DNA of 64,000 nt from Malacoraja senta. Lineage: Eukaryota. The notes below the pieces were generated by a model. The model was not told the origin of the DNA. It worked only from the letters and a program-made list of their open reading frames with translations, and ran no database searches. Position numbers and translations under genes: made by a program. Shown here one piece after another: positions 13,560-24,460 of the stretch (its first letter is position 1; every line of letters starts with the position of its first letter). The DNA lies in contig CM075988.1 of NCBI GenBank assembly GCA_038087875.1, positions 3,162,001-3,226,000 on the forward strand, given 5' to 3'.

Positions 13560-14230
13560 GCCGGCGCGAAACTGTGTCCGTGGCTATAAGGTGCTGAAAC
13601 CGGCCCATTTGGACCTGAGCGAGCCAGTCCATGTGGCTCAACCGTCCCGTCACGGGCATCCGCCCAAACACCAAGCTAGAGATCGCGGTGTGACGCGCCG
13701 GCCTCGCATGTCCAAATCAAATGTAGATGCCGGCGTACCGCACCGCGATCTCTGGCTTTGTGCCTGAGGACGTGCCGTTGGGTCCCTCGGGTTCCATCCT
13801 CTGCGACGTATACACGGGTCAGCCGAGGCCTATCATTCCGGCGGCCTGGCGCCGTCGCGTGTTTGAGGTGATCCATGTGCTGGCCCACACATCCATCCGG
13901 GCCACGGTCGCTATGGTGGCCGCAAGATTTATGTGGCACGGACTTCGGAAGCAGGTCGGTCGATGGGCCCGGGCGTGCATCCCGTTCCAGACATCGAAGG
14001 TGCATCGACACGTCCAGGCGCCCGTTCAAGACCGCAGTGCCACGCCGGCGGTTTGATCACGAACACGTGGACATCTTGGGGCCACTGCCTCCTTAACGGA
14101 GTGTTTCACACCCCGTGGTTGACCGTTTTACCTGGTGGCCAGAGGCCATCACGCTCACGGACACTTCAACTCAGTCGTGCGCTCATGCCCTCGTGGCAAC
14201 TTGGATTGCCCGCTTTGGGGTTTCACTTCT
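13560..14230 (+). mobile_element. Gypsy/Ty3 LTR retrotransposon integrase fragments (rearranged)
   Basis: H2C2-type zinc-binding region (IHVLAH...FMWHGLRKQV...ACIPFQ), HVDILGPLP, DRFTWWPEA, WIARFG; LKPAHLD C-terminal piece at ~13596-13675. Confidence 0.85.
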
Positions 14231-14231
14231 C

Positions 14232-14480
14232 ATCACGTTGGGGTCACCAGTGTAGCGGGGACTTGCAGGAGTCCAGCCAAAAACTAACCGGACATGAGTT
14301 GTGTGCACTAGACATGTTTATTCTCTGCAATACAGCTCCCTACTCCTCGAAGTTGCCCGGCCTTAAATACCAACTCAGGTACAAACCCCGTGACTAGCGC
14401 CTCCCACACCGAGATGCCGCCCTCCAGAGCCGAGGGTTCGTTGTGCCCGTGGCTTGCCACCAGGTGCCGCCAAGATCCTT
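14232..14480 (-). mobile_element. Gypsy-type LTR 3' part with tRNA-Trp primer binding site
   Basis: Minus strand reads ...ctaca-c-tggtgaccccaacgtgat (PBS 14232-14249, 17/18 match to the canonical tRNA-Trp PBS); AATAAA at 14317-14322 and TATTTAA at ~14363-14369 on the minus strand. Confidence 0.75.
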
Positions 14481-14519
14481 TCTTACTTTTGTCAGTTCTT
14501 GTTTCTCGTCTGACCTGGA

Positions 14520-15950
14520 GTCACAGAGTGATACAGTGATGAAACAGGATCTTCGGCCTAACTTGCCCACACGGGCCAACAATGTCCCAGCAACACTAGT
14601 CCCACTTGCCTGCGTTTGGTCCATGTCCCTCCAAACCTGTCCTATCCATGTACCTCTCTAACTGTTTCTTAAACAATGGGATAGTCCCAGCCTCAACTAC
14701 CTCCTCTGGCAGCTTGTTCCATACACCCACCACCCTTTGTGTGAAGAAGTTACCCTTTGGATTCCTATTAAATCTTTTCCCCTTCACCTTGAACCTATGT
14801 CCTCTGGTCCTTGATTCCCCTACTCTGGGCAAGAGGCTCTGTGCTCCTACCCGATCTAATCCTCTCATGATTTTGTATATCTCTATAAGATCGTCCCTCA
14901 TCCTCCTGCGCTCCATGGAATAGAGACCCAGCCTACTTAACCTTTCCCTATAGCTCACACCCTCTTGTCCTGAGAACAACCTCGTAAATCTTTTCTGAAC
15001 CTTTTCAAGCTTGACAATATCTTTCCTATAACATGGTGCCTAGAACCGAACACAATATTCTAAATGCGGTCTCACCAACGTTTTTTACAACTGCAACATG
15101 ACCTCCCAACTTCCGTACTCAATATTCTGACTGATTAAGGCCAAAGTGCCAAAAGCCTTTTTGACTACCTTATTTACCTGTGACTCGACCTTCAAGGAAC
15201 CATGCACCTGTACTCCTAGATCCCTCTGCTCTACAACACTACCCAGAACCTACCATTCACTGTGTAGGTCCTGCTCTTGTTTGATGTCCCAAAATGCAAC
15301 ACCTCACACTTCTCTGTATTAAATTCCATCAACCATTCCTCAGCCCACCTGGCCAATCGATCCAGATCCTGCTGCAATCGTTCACAACCATCTTCACTAT
15401 CTGCAAACCCACTTGCTTTTGTATGATCAGCAAACTTGCTAATCTTGCCCTGGATGTTCTCATCCAAATCATTGATGTAGATGACAAACAGTAATGGGCC
15501 CAGCACCAAACCCTGAGGCACACCACGAGTCACAGGCCTCCAGTCTGAGAAGCAACCTTCCACCATCACCCTCTGCGTGCTTCCATAAAGCCAATTTGCT
15601 ATCCATTCAGCTATCTCTCCTTGGATCCCATGCAATCTAATTTCCAGAGCAGCTTACCATGCGGAACCTTGTCGAAAATCTTACCGAAATCTATGTACAC
15701 AACAGCTACAGCTCTGCCCTGGTCACGTCTTCAAAAAAACTCAATCACATTTGTGAGACACGACCTCCCATGTACAAAACCATGCTGACTATCCCTAATC
15801 AGCCCTTGCCCATCCAACTGCCTGTATAACCTATCCCTCAGAATACTCTCCAGTAACTTACCAACTACCGATGTAAAGCTCATCGGCCTATAGTTCCCAG
15901 CATTTTCCCTGCAGCCCTTCTTGAAAAGCGGCACAACATTTGCCACCCAT
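14520..15950 (-). mobile_element. CR1 LINE RT and 3' end
   Basis: ORFs 15731-15946, 15231-15635 (PQGLVLGP, KFADHTK) and 14596-14979; 3' UTR. Confidence 0.9.
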
Positions 15951-15999
15951 TCCTTCTATCCAGAGATGCTCCAGTCTTCCAGCACCTCTTCTGTATTGT

Positions 16000-16665
16000 A
16001 AGACTTGCTCTTAAACATTGAGTTTAATTTCATACCTCTAATTCTGAGGGTATGATCTCTGGTCCTCGACTCTCCAACCCGTGGAAACATCCTTTCCATA
16101 TCCACTCTATGGCTTTCTTTATTCTGTAAGTTTCAATGAGGTGCCTCCTCAAACTTCTAAACTCCAGCGAGTAGAGGCCAACTGCTGTCAGACGCTCATC
16201 ATAGGCTAACCCACTAATTCCTTCAGTCCCAACAGTTTACCTAACACCATTTCCTGACTAATGTGGATTCCCTTCAGTTCCTCCCTCTCAGTGGATCCTC
16301 GGTCCCCTAATATTTCTGAGAGATTGTTTGTGTCTTCCTTAGTGAAGACAGAACAAAGTACTCGTTTAACTAGTCTGCCATTAACTTGTACAATGGGAAA
16401 CAAGGAAATGGCAGACTAGTTAAACCAAATTAGGAGACCAAAACTGCACACAATACTCCAGATGTGGTCAGACCAGGGCCCTGTACAACTGCAGAAGGAC
16501 CTCTTTACTCCTATACTCAAATCCTCTTGTTATGAAGGCCAACTGGATCTGGGAGGTGGGATCTGGGACCTGGGATTAGCTTTCTTCACTGCCTGCTGAA
16601 CCTGCATGTTTACTTTTAGTGACTGTTGTACAAGGACACCCAGGTCTTGTTGCACTTCCCTTCTG
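16000..16665 (-). mobile_element. Mosaic of short CR1 fragments
   Basis: SVFTKEDT and LYRALV/HLEYCVQFW-encoding pieces; small fold-back at 16364-16425. Confidence 0.7.
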
Positions 16666-16669
16666 TTTC

Positions 16670-18965
16670 TTGATATCACTGGAGATAGACTATAGACTGA
16701 CATTTATTAGAGAACCTACTGACTCCCACAACTACACTTATTCCTACCCTGCCTCTTGCAAAGTCTCTATCCCCTACTCCCAATTCCTTTGAAGACGCCA
16801 CATCTGCGCCCAAGATGAGGTGTTCCATAATAGAACATCTGAGATGTCCTCATTCTTTAGGGAACAGGGGTTCCCATCTTCCATCATAGATGAGGCCCTC
16901 ACAGGGTGTCCCGCAGCTCCGCTCTTGCTCCCTCCCCCCACCCAGTCACAACAGGGACAGAGTCCCCCTAGTCCTCACCTTTCACCCCATCAGTCGTTGC
17001 ATACAACATATTATCCTCCAACATTTTTGCCACCTTCAACGAGATTCCCACCATTAGCCACATCTTCCCATCTCCACCTATTTCCGCTTTCCGCAGAGAC
17101 CGTTCCCACCGCAATTCCCTAGTTAACTTCTTCTTCTTGCATATGGCGTGCACAGCCTAAAGTTGTAGGACAACTTGTTCAGTTTGATCTTCTGTTTGTG
17201 TACACCAGGTTGATTGCATTCGTCGAAACAGGGTGGACCACGTGAAGGTTGCAATCTCCCACTCCCCTAGTTAACTCATCACTTCCCACCCAAACCACTC
17301 CCTCCGCAAGCACCTTCCACTGCAACTGCAGGAGATGCAACACATCACCCTATACCTCCCCCTTGACTCTGTCAAAAGACCCCTATGGACTCCTATATAG
17401 TGTATCGATGAGACCAAGTGCAGACTGGGCGATTGTTTAGCTGAATACCTCCACTCAGTCTGCCAAAGCTTATGCGATATCACGGTTGCTAAATACTTTA
17501 ACTCCCTCTCCCATTCCCATACTGAATATTGACTTCTCTAAGTTCAAGTAACCCTTACTTTCCATCTCTCTGCATCCTTCCCCCTTCTTAGTTCTCTGAC
17601 CAGTCTGACTCTCCCTGATTTAATTTTATCACTGTATGCTTTGTTGTCACCTTCTCCTAGCTAACAACGATCTATTCTACATTTTGCTTGATCCCCTTCT
17701 CCTCTGATGTCTCGTTTTTACACCTTACACTTCCTTATCTCTGTGCCTCCCTATCCCCCGACTCTCAGTCTGAAGAAGGGACTCGACCTGAAACACTGCC
17801 TGTCTCGCTGAGTTACTCCAGCATTTTGTGTCTATCTTCGGTGTAAACCAGCATTTGCAGTTCCTCCCCCCACACCTGATCTCTTGGTTGCCAAATACTT
17901 TAATTCTCCTTCCCATTCCCACACTTACCTTTCTGTCCTGGGCCTCCTCCATTGTCAGAGTGAGGTCCAACACAAAATGGAGGAACAGCATCTCATATTT
18001 CGCTTGGGCAACTTACAATCCAGCGGTATGAATATTGATTTCTCTAACTTCAAGTAAAGCCCCTGTCCCTCTTTCACGACCTAATTTGCGACCTCTGCCG
18101 AGTTTGCCCTTGACTCATACTCACAGCATTGGTCGTAGGAGGTCTTCGTAACTCTTCCTCATGCTCGTGAGTGGTCTCCGCGTACGGCCTCAAGTAGGTT
18201 GCGGCGTATTTTCCAGCCTGATAAAAAATGTCCACAAGTCAAAAAAAAGGGCAGCATGGAAACAATTGATACTTTTTACTCATAGGTAGTCGTGGGTAGT
18301 CGTAGGTAGTCGTAGGTAGTCGTAGGTAGTCGTAGGTCGGTAACTGGCCCGAGAAAAAAAATGCAAACATGACATCATTTTATCATGTGATAATTTTCAA
18401 CTTGTAGCTAGTCGTAGTTGGTCTTGGGTGTGGAAGACTGAGGTCGAGGGGGGTCGTAGGAGATCGTAGGAGGTCGTAGACATAGTCGTATGAGGTCGTA
18501 GACATAGTCGTAGGAGGTCGTAGACATAGTCGTAGGAGATCGTAGGAGGTCTTTTACTTCGGCGAGTCAACACGACCTTGACATTTTTTTCAACTCGTCT
18601 AGGTTCTTCTAAACTCGTGGATTAGGATGACCAAGTGGGACAGGCCCTTAACCCTCACTTTCCCTTTCTCGCTTTGTCCCTCACCCACCCTAGTGCTCCG
18701 ACTAGTTTCACTGTCCTGATTAATTTTACTGTCTGTATGCCTCCTTCTCGCATTCCCCTCGGCCAACAATGAACCATTCTTCAACTCTTTGATCGTTGTC
18801 TGCTTTGAACTGTCGTTTTTACACCATTCCCCTCCATATCTCTAGTTTCCATCTACCCTGACTCATTCTGAAGAAGGGTCTCGACCTGAAACATCACCCA
18901 TTACTTCTCTCCGGAGATGCTGCCTGTCCTGCTGAGTTACTCCAGCACTTTGAGTCTATTTTCAA
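16670..18965 (+). mobile_element. Penelope-like element remnants (RT C-terminus, GIY-YIG endonuclease, pLTRs), at least two copies
   Basis: SIPYSQFL-RRHICAQDEVFHNRTSEMSSFF, CNCRRC, DETKCRLG, KMEEQHLIFRLG coding; pLTRs with CTGAAGA..GAAA core at 17770 and 18868. Confidence 0.85.
18058..18648. mobile_element. PIF/Harbinger-type non-autonomous MITE with internal (gtcgtagg)-like tandem repeats
   Basis: TIRs agcccctgtccc / gtgggacaggccct; 3-bp TAA TSD (18055-18057, 18649-18651); removal restores the Penelope sequence cttcaag-taa-ccct. Confidence 0.88.
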
Positions 18966-19430
18966 TGAAAGGCAGGTTGGATCACGTGATGGCATGGGCT
19001 GCGTCCACAAATCTCTGCAATTTCTTGCTGTCTTGGATGGAGCTGTTCCCAAACCATGCTGTGTTGCATCCCGATAAAGTGCTTTCTATGGCGCATCTGG
19101 TCTTGATGAGGGTGAGGATAGTTAGGGACATACCAAACTTCCGGAGCCTTCTAACGAAGTAGAGACATTGGTGTGCTTTCTTGGCCATTGCTTCGATGTG
19201 ACTGGTCCAGGAGAAATTGAAGCTATCAATCATCTCTACATCCGCGCCATCAATGTATACTGGGGTATGTACCACCTCGTGTCCTGGAGTCGATCACTAT
19301 CTCCTTTGTCTAGCTGACATTAAGGGAAGGGTTATTGTCTTGCCACCATGTTACGAGGTTCTCAATCTCCTTCCTGTTCTCTGTCTTGTCATTATTTGAT
19401 ACCTGGCCCACTACAGTGGTGTTGTACCAC
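18966..19430 (-). mobile_element. Rex/Babar LINE RT fragment
   Basis: KKAHQCLYFVRRLRKFGMS...CAIESTLSGCNTAWFGN, typical of the Rex1/Babar ORF C-terminal region. Confidence 0.8.
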
Positions 19431-19600
19431 GGCATCTGATATTCTTACAGCACCTCCCAGATCCAGTCTTTGCCACCAAGAAAGGTAAAGGTAGAGTGTG
19501 CATGCAAACATCTCCAAGTGCTGATTTCTCTCCAAGTTGCACACTGTCCTTGCATAGATGTTGACGTGAGAATTTCTGGAAATTATAAGAACATTGGGCA

Positions 19601-20640
19601 AGTTTAGTTTAGTTTAGAGATACAGCACAGAAACAGGCCCTTTGGCCCACCGAGTCCACACCTCACAGTGATTCCCACACATTTTATTTGATGGGTAGCA
19701 CCGCGAGCCAGCAGCCTCGCCAGCAGCTGTTGGTCCTTTTGAAATTTTTTTGTTTTTAGTATGTCTAAAAGTGTGTTTTAGTGTGGGGGTGCGTGGTGGT
19801 GGCGGGGAATAGGGGGAAACTGTTTTTTGATCGCTTGCCTCGACGGAATGTGACCTTTCTTCATGTCATATTTTCGCCTTCCTCGCGGCCTAACAACTTG
19901 GATTGGTGCGGCCTCTCCCGGAGTCAGGCCCAGAGCTTCAGCAGCGGGCACAGCGCAGACTTTCCATCGCGGAGCCGGACGATCACTTGCCGGGGATCGC
20001 CAGAAGAAGTGCTCCGATCGCTGGCCCGCGGACTATAACATCCTGAAGCCGCGGTCTGCAGTGCTTCTAGCCACGAGCGCGGCGTGGACATTCCATCATG
20101 GAGTCTGGGATCCCTTGCCGGGAATCACCAGAAGTGCTCCGATCGCCGGACTGCGGCCTATAACATCGTGAAGCCCCGATCTCCAGTAGGAAGTGGCCGA
20201 TTCGGGACCTCCAAGCGTGTCCATCCGTCCCGACGTCGGAGTTTCGAGCATCCCGACGAGAGGGCCTGTACATCGGGCCATCCGTAGCAGCGACTGCGGA
20301 GGGTTCATGGCCCCGACCATGGGTGAACAAAGGAGCATTGATTGAACGTTATTGCCTTCCACCACAGTGAAGAATGTTGATTCTACTGTGGTGGATGTTT
20401 ATGTTGTATTCTATTGTGTATTGTGATCTTTTTGATTGTGTGGCTGCATGGTAAATCAAATTCCACTGTACCTCAATTGGTGCATATGGCAATAAATGTG
20501 AACTTGAACTTGAACTTAACACTCTGCTACACACACTAGGGACAATTTACAATTATACCAAGCCAATTAACTGACAAACCTGTACGTCTTTGGAGTGTGG
20601 GAGGAAACCGGAGATCTCAGAGAAATGCCACGCAGTCATG
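19601..20640 (-). mobile_element. tRNA-derived SINE (HE1-like), split by two insertions; remainder at 38071-38160
   Basis: (agttt)n tail at 19601; body resumes at 20518 and again at 38071 after the hAT. Confidence 0.8.
19690..20517 (+). mobile_element. GC-rich non-coding non-autonomous retroelement with Rex/Babar-type 3' tail
   Basis: CpG-rich body with ~128-bp internal tandem duplication (19960-20057 / 20089-20184); tail aaattccactgtacc...caataaa(tgaact)n; inserted within a SINE. Confidence 0.65.
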
Positions 20641-20759
20641 CAGGGCCGGCCTTAGGAGGTGCGGGGCCCAATTGGGAAAAATTTTCATCGGAATATAAAT
20701 AAATAATTATAAATGCGTCACGTGTCGTGAGTAATATGACAATTCGGTGGAGAGTTCTT

Positions 20760-21302
20760 CTCACAGCGTGTGGGGAGTCTAGCCAGGGGTAAAGTTGCGG
20801 GGAGGGAAGGAGCGTTGAGAAGGAGAGGGTTGGGTTCATGCCAGTAACTCGCTCACTCACTGCTGCCGCGGCGCTCCGGGCGCCACCGCATTGTGGCCGG
20901 GGAGGGAAGCAGCTCACATGGCTACGAGCGGCCTCCTTCACCGGACAGCGGAACCGACTGCCATCTCAGCGCCTTCTGCCGGCCCGCTCACCTCTGGCAG
21001 TGCTCTCCGTCTGAACAGTGAGGGGACCAGCTCAAGAGCAAAGATCATAGAGCGGAGCGGGTCAGCGGGTGATGGATAACATCACAGCGGGCGGTGGAGC
21101 TTACTCCTGTGTCAGCGCGAACAAGGGATCAATTGAGGTCACTCGCACTGACATACGGAGTAAGCTCCACCGCCCGCAGTCCTGTTATCCATCGCCCGCT
21201 GACCCGCTCTTGAGCTGGATGATCCCCGATCGACCCCCTCCTTCTCAACCCTCCTGCCCTCCCCGCAACTTTACCCCTGGACAGACTACCCACACGCTCT
21301 GA
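20760..21302. repeat. Long nested inverted repeat (fold-back) in the hAT subterminal region
   Basis: 20760-20830 pairs with 21231-21302; 21028-21120 pairs with 21143-21217. Confidence 0.8.
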
Positions 21303-21375
21303 AAGGAACTTCCCCCCCCCCCCCCAGCAGCGCTGTCCTTTTACAGCCGCTTCCCACTTTACAGCCGCTTCCCAT

Positions 21376-22279
21376 CAGCTGCTAGCAATGAGGTATAGAC
21401 TTGGCTATACCTCAGTACAGCAACATCGTTCTTGATGTTGCTGTACTGAGGGATAACGAAGTCTATCTTTCTTGGCTAACAACCTAACCTTCGGCCTCCA
21501 AGATCCAGGTACATTTTCTAGAAATGTTACAACATTTTGAGATTAAAAAAATCAAGTCTGCAATTTATCCCAACAGATAAAGCATAAAAAGAAGTTTAAT
21601 TTGACACCTAATTCACTTTCATATCTTTAGTATTAAAAAAAGTTATGGCCATTTTCATACTTGGAAATTAGCATCTTGTTCCCTATTGCTTTTCCATTGA
21701 CAACACAAAAGCTGTGATCGAGGACCGTCAAAAGCCAACTTTCTTAAAAATTTAGAGAACTGGATGAAATTGTCAGTTATTATAGATTGAAGCATTCTGA
21801 AACAAATATAAAACATCTTACTTGGATGACCTGAAATTAAAGCATATAATTAGTTAATTACCTAATTGTAGCTAATTACAAAATTGACCGTTGTGACGGA
21901 AATAGTAATAAACACCCAGACTGCATTGAAAATGAAAAAATGTGATATTTTCAAGATCAGAACTTTAATATTATTGTATTATATGCTGTAAGTCCGTAAC
22001 AGATAGGTAAATAAATTACAATTTCTAGGAATAGACCAGGTCTTTATGGAGAAGATCAGTTGCTAGCTGGTACATTGGCATACCATAACCAGTAGCATCA
22101 TCATACTCCTCAGATTGTAACCAATAAACATCTCTGTACACCTTGTTTTTCCTCAACTTTTCAATTTTGGCATTGTAAACTACAAGTTTTTGCTCTTCAA
22201 ACCTCGCATGACATGCCTTTCTGCCCACTACTTTCCCATTAAGAATGTCCTGTAGATTCAATTTCTTAAGAAAAAGATA
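21376..22279 (-). mobile_element. Unclassified element fragment: terminal palindrome, AT-rich UTR and ORF C-terminus
   Basis: Hairpin cctcagtacagcaacatc-gttctt-gatgttgctgtactgagg (21410-21451); minus-strand frame LNLQDILNGKVVGRKACH...DLLHKDLVYS* (22025-22279) not hAT-like. Confidence 0.45.
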
Positions 22280-22451
22280 ATTTGTAAAAAAAATTGAAAA
22301 CCATGTATCATTTTCCTTCCACTTCACAATTATGCGCCACTTTGTGTTGGTCTATCACATAAAATCCCAATAAAATACATTTACGTTTGTGGTTGTAACG
22401 TGACAAAATGTGGAAAAGTTCAAGGGGTATGAATACTTTTGCAAGCCACTG
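22280..22451 (+). mobile_element. Solo Tc1 (Passport-like) terminal inverted repeat fragment
   Basis: Near-identical to 49998-50169; ends ...gcaagccactg followed by TA (22452-22453) inside the hAT transposase coding sequence. Confidence 0.92.
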
Positions 22452-22969
22452 TAATTGCCAAACTGTTCAAACGTTCTTGCTGAATTGATGATCTCAAGTA
22501 AGTTTTGGAAAAACTCCTTTCTCCAGATGCCACAGTCACTGGGATTGTCAAGAAAATCCGAAGAGCAATAAATAAATTAGGAAATGCGGTAGACCTGTTG
22601 TTGCAAGCAAGGAATTCAAGCATTTTCATGGGGCTTTGAATCTCTGGTGGCAGAATTGGATTTAGTGTCTCCATCTCCTCACAAAGCATGTATCCATCCA
22701 CATCAGCCAGTTTTGTGGTTTTAACTTGATCTTTTTCCTGTCCCAGCTTGACCTCTGTCAATGCCATTTCCAGATCTGCTGCACATTTTCTTATGGTGTC
22801 CTTGGACAGGTCGTGAAAATTGCACAAGAATCCAAATACATTTTAATACTTTTTCAGTTGTTCAAACCGTGGCTTAAGTGTTTGCAGTGCTTTATCTACC
22901 ACTTGATTAAAACATTGCAATCTGAAGGCGGTTTTTGGATCTGGCAAAGGTTCATCTGCAGATTCATAA
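22452..22969 (-). pseudogene. hAT transposase C-terminal part (hATC dimerisation domain), truncated
   Basis: FPNLFIALRIFLTIPVTVASGERSFS...QERLNSLAI; cut off by the Tc1 end. Confidence 0.9.
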
Positions 22970-23346
22970 TAGTAAGATTAAACGAGAACTTACCAGTTTG
23001 AAGTTTGATCTGTATTTTATGAGGAGTTACGATGAGGGATTACATGAAGACCCCGTCCAGCACGCATGCGCGACATTCTTCAAAGCAGCGGTGTGGAATC
23101 ACAGGAAACACAATAATTGAAATAAACATAGTAAAGAAAAGGAGAACTAAGATACCTGTTGATCTATATATTTGAGGGTGGGAGCGGAGGGCACGTAATC
23201 CCTCATCGTAACTCCTCATAAAATACAGATCAAACTTCAAACTGGTAAGTTCTCGTTTAATCTTACTATTTTACTTCGGAGTCACGTGAGTGACTACGTG
23301 AAGAATTTAAAGCTCTGTGATTTCAAACCGTGTAACAGTTCATACT

Positions 23347-24460
23347 TCACTCGCTGCCGAAGTCATTCAAGGGAGGAAGTATGTTATCGTAATCAACCAT
23401 AATCTGTTTGTAAACAATAATGGTATCTATTAAACAATAACAAAAGACAAAATGCTCCCCTGGGCTTAAATTATATATTTTTGCAGATTTTAAAACTCTT
23501 TCTGCAAATAACACAGGTTCTGCTAGCGGCTTGTGGTAGAACGTTTGGAACGTTTTCTCCATGTTCATTCTTTTAGCCGCCGATGTGGATGCTGCCCTGG
23601 TGGAGTGAGATGTATATACATCAGTATCTACTCCAGCAGCTCCCAGTACCTGCTTGAGCCATCTCGAGATGGTTTGGCTCGACACCCAACCATGAGGTTT
23701 CTTGTGGCTGACCCATAAGGCTTATTTATTTATTTATTTATTTATTATTTTTTTTCCTTTCTCCCTCGAGAATCTCTTGTTGTGTTGTTGTAAGTGAATA
23801 AGTAAGTCATGACACACAACCGTAGGTCAGGTGGGTATGCCCGGAAATCCATAACTAGGACTCAAGTTCCTTGCTTGCTCTGCTTTAGCAGCTCCTGAAT
23901 GGTGAATGAGACCCGGTCTGGTGTTATAACCATGTTGTCCAGTCGCAGTAAGTGGAGGGACTGGACTCTTTGTGCTGAGACTAGTAGCATCAGCATGACC
24001 GTTTTCAGGGTTAGCTTTTCCAGGGTGAGAGACCTGGCTGGGGACCATCCCCTTAGGTATGTCAGGACCACACTGACATCCCAGATTTGTGTATACCTAG
24101 GTCTAAGAGGGTTGGAGTTGACGATACTCCTCATGAGTTTGATCACCAGCGGGTGAGACCCTATGGCCTGTTGTCCTGGCACCTGTTTTAAGTAGGCTGA
24201 CAGCGCACGTCTGGCAGTATTGATGGCGCTGTAGCTCAATCCTTCATTATGGTGAAGGCCCCCCAGGAACTCCAGTACATTGGTTATGGTTGCAGATGAG
24301 TACGTTGTCCCAGTAGTCGAGCAGTATCTTTCCCACTTCCTGATGCTCGATAGGTATTGTTTCCTGGTGGACATACGGTGTCATCATGTTGATGGTCCTG
24401 TCAGACAATCCCAGTCCCAGCAGTGGTCTTTTGATAATCTGCAACCCAGTAGGTTAATTT
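23347..24460 (-). pseudogene. DIRS A tyrosine recombinase
   Basis: SAINTARRALS, PRYTQIWDV, SAQRVQ, TISRWLK, SHSTRAAS; interrupted by (ttta)n at ~23722-23760. Confidence 0.88.

Noticed and set aside
14232..14249. tRNA-Trp gene
   Set aside because: Only the 18-nt 3' end including CCA, adjacent to an LTR end; it is a primer binding site.
18285..18550. Regular short repeats superficially like a CRISPR array
   Set aside because: Tandem 8-20-bp units without unique spacers, inside a Harbinger MITE in eukaryotic DNA; no cas genes.
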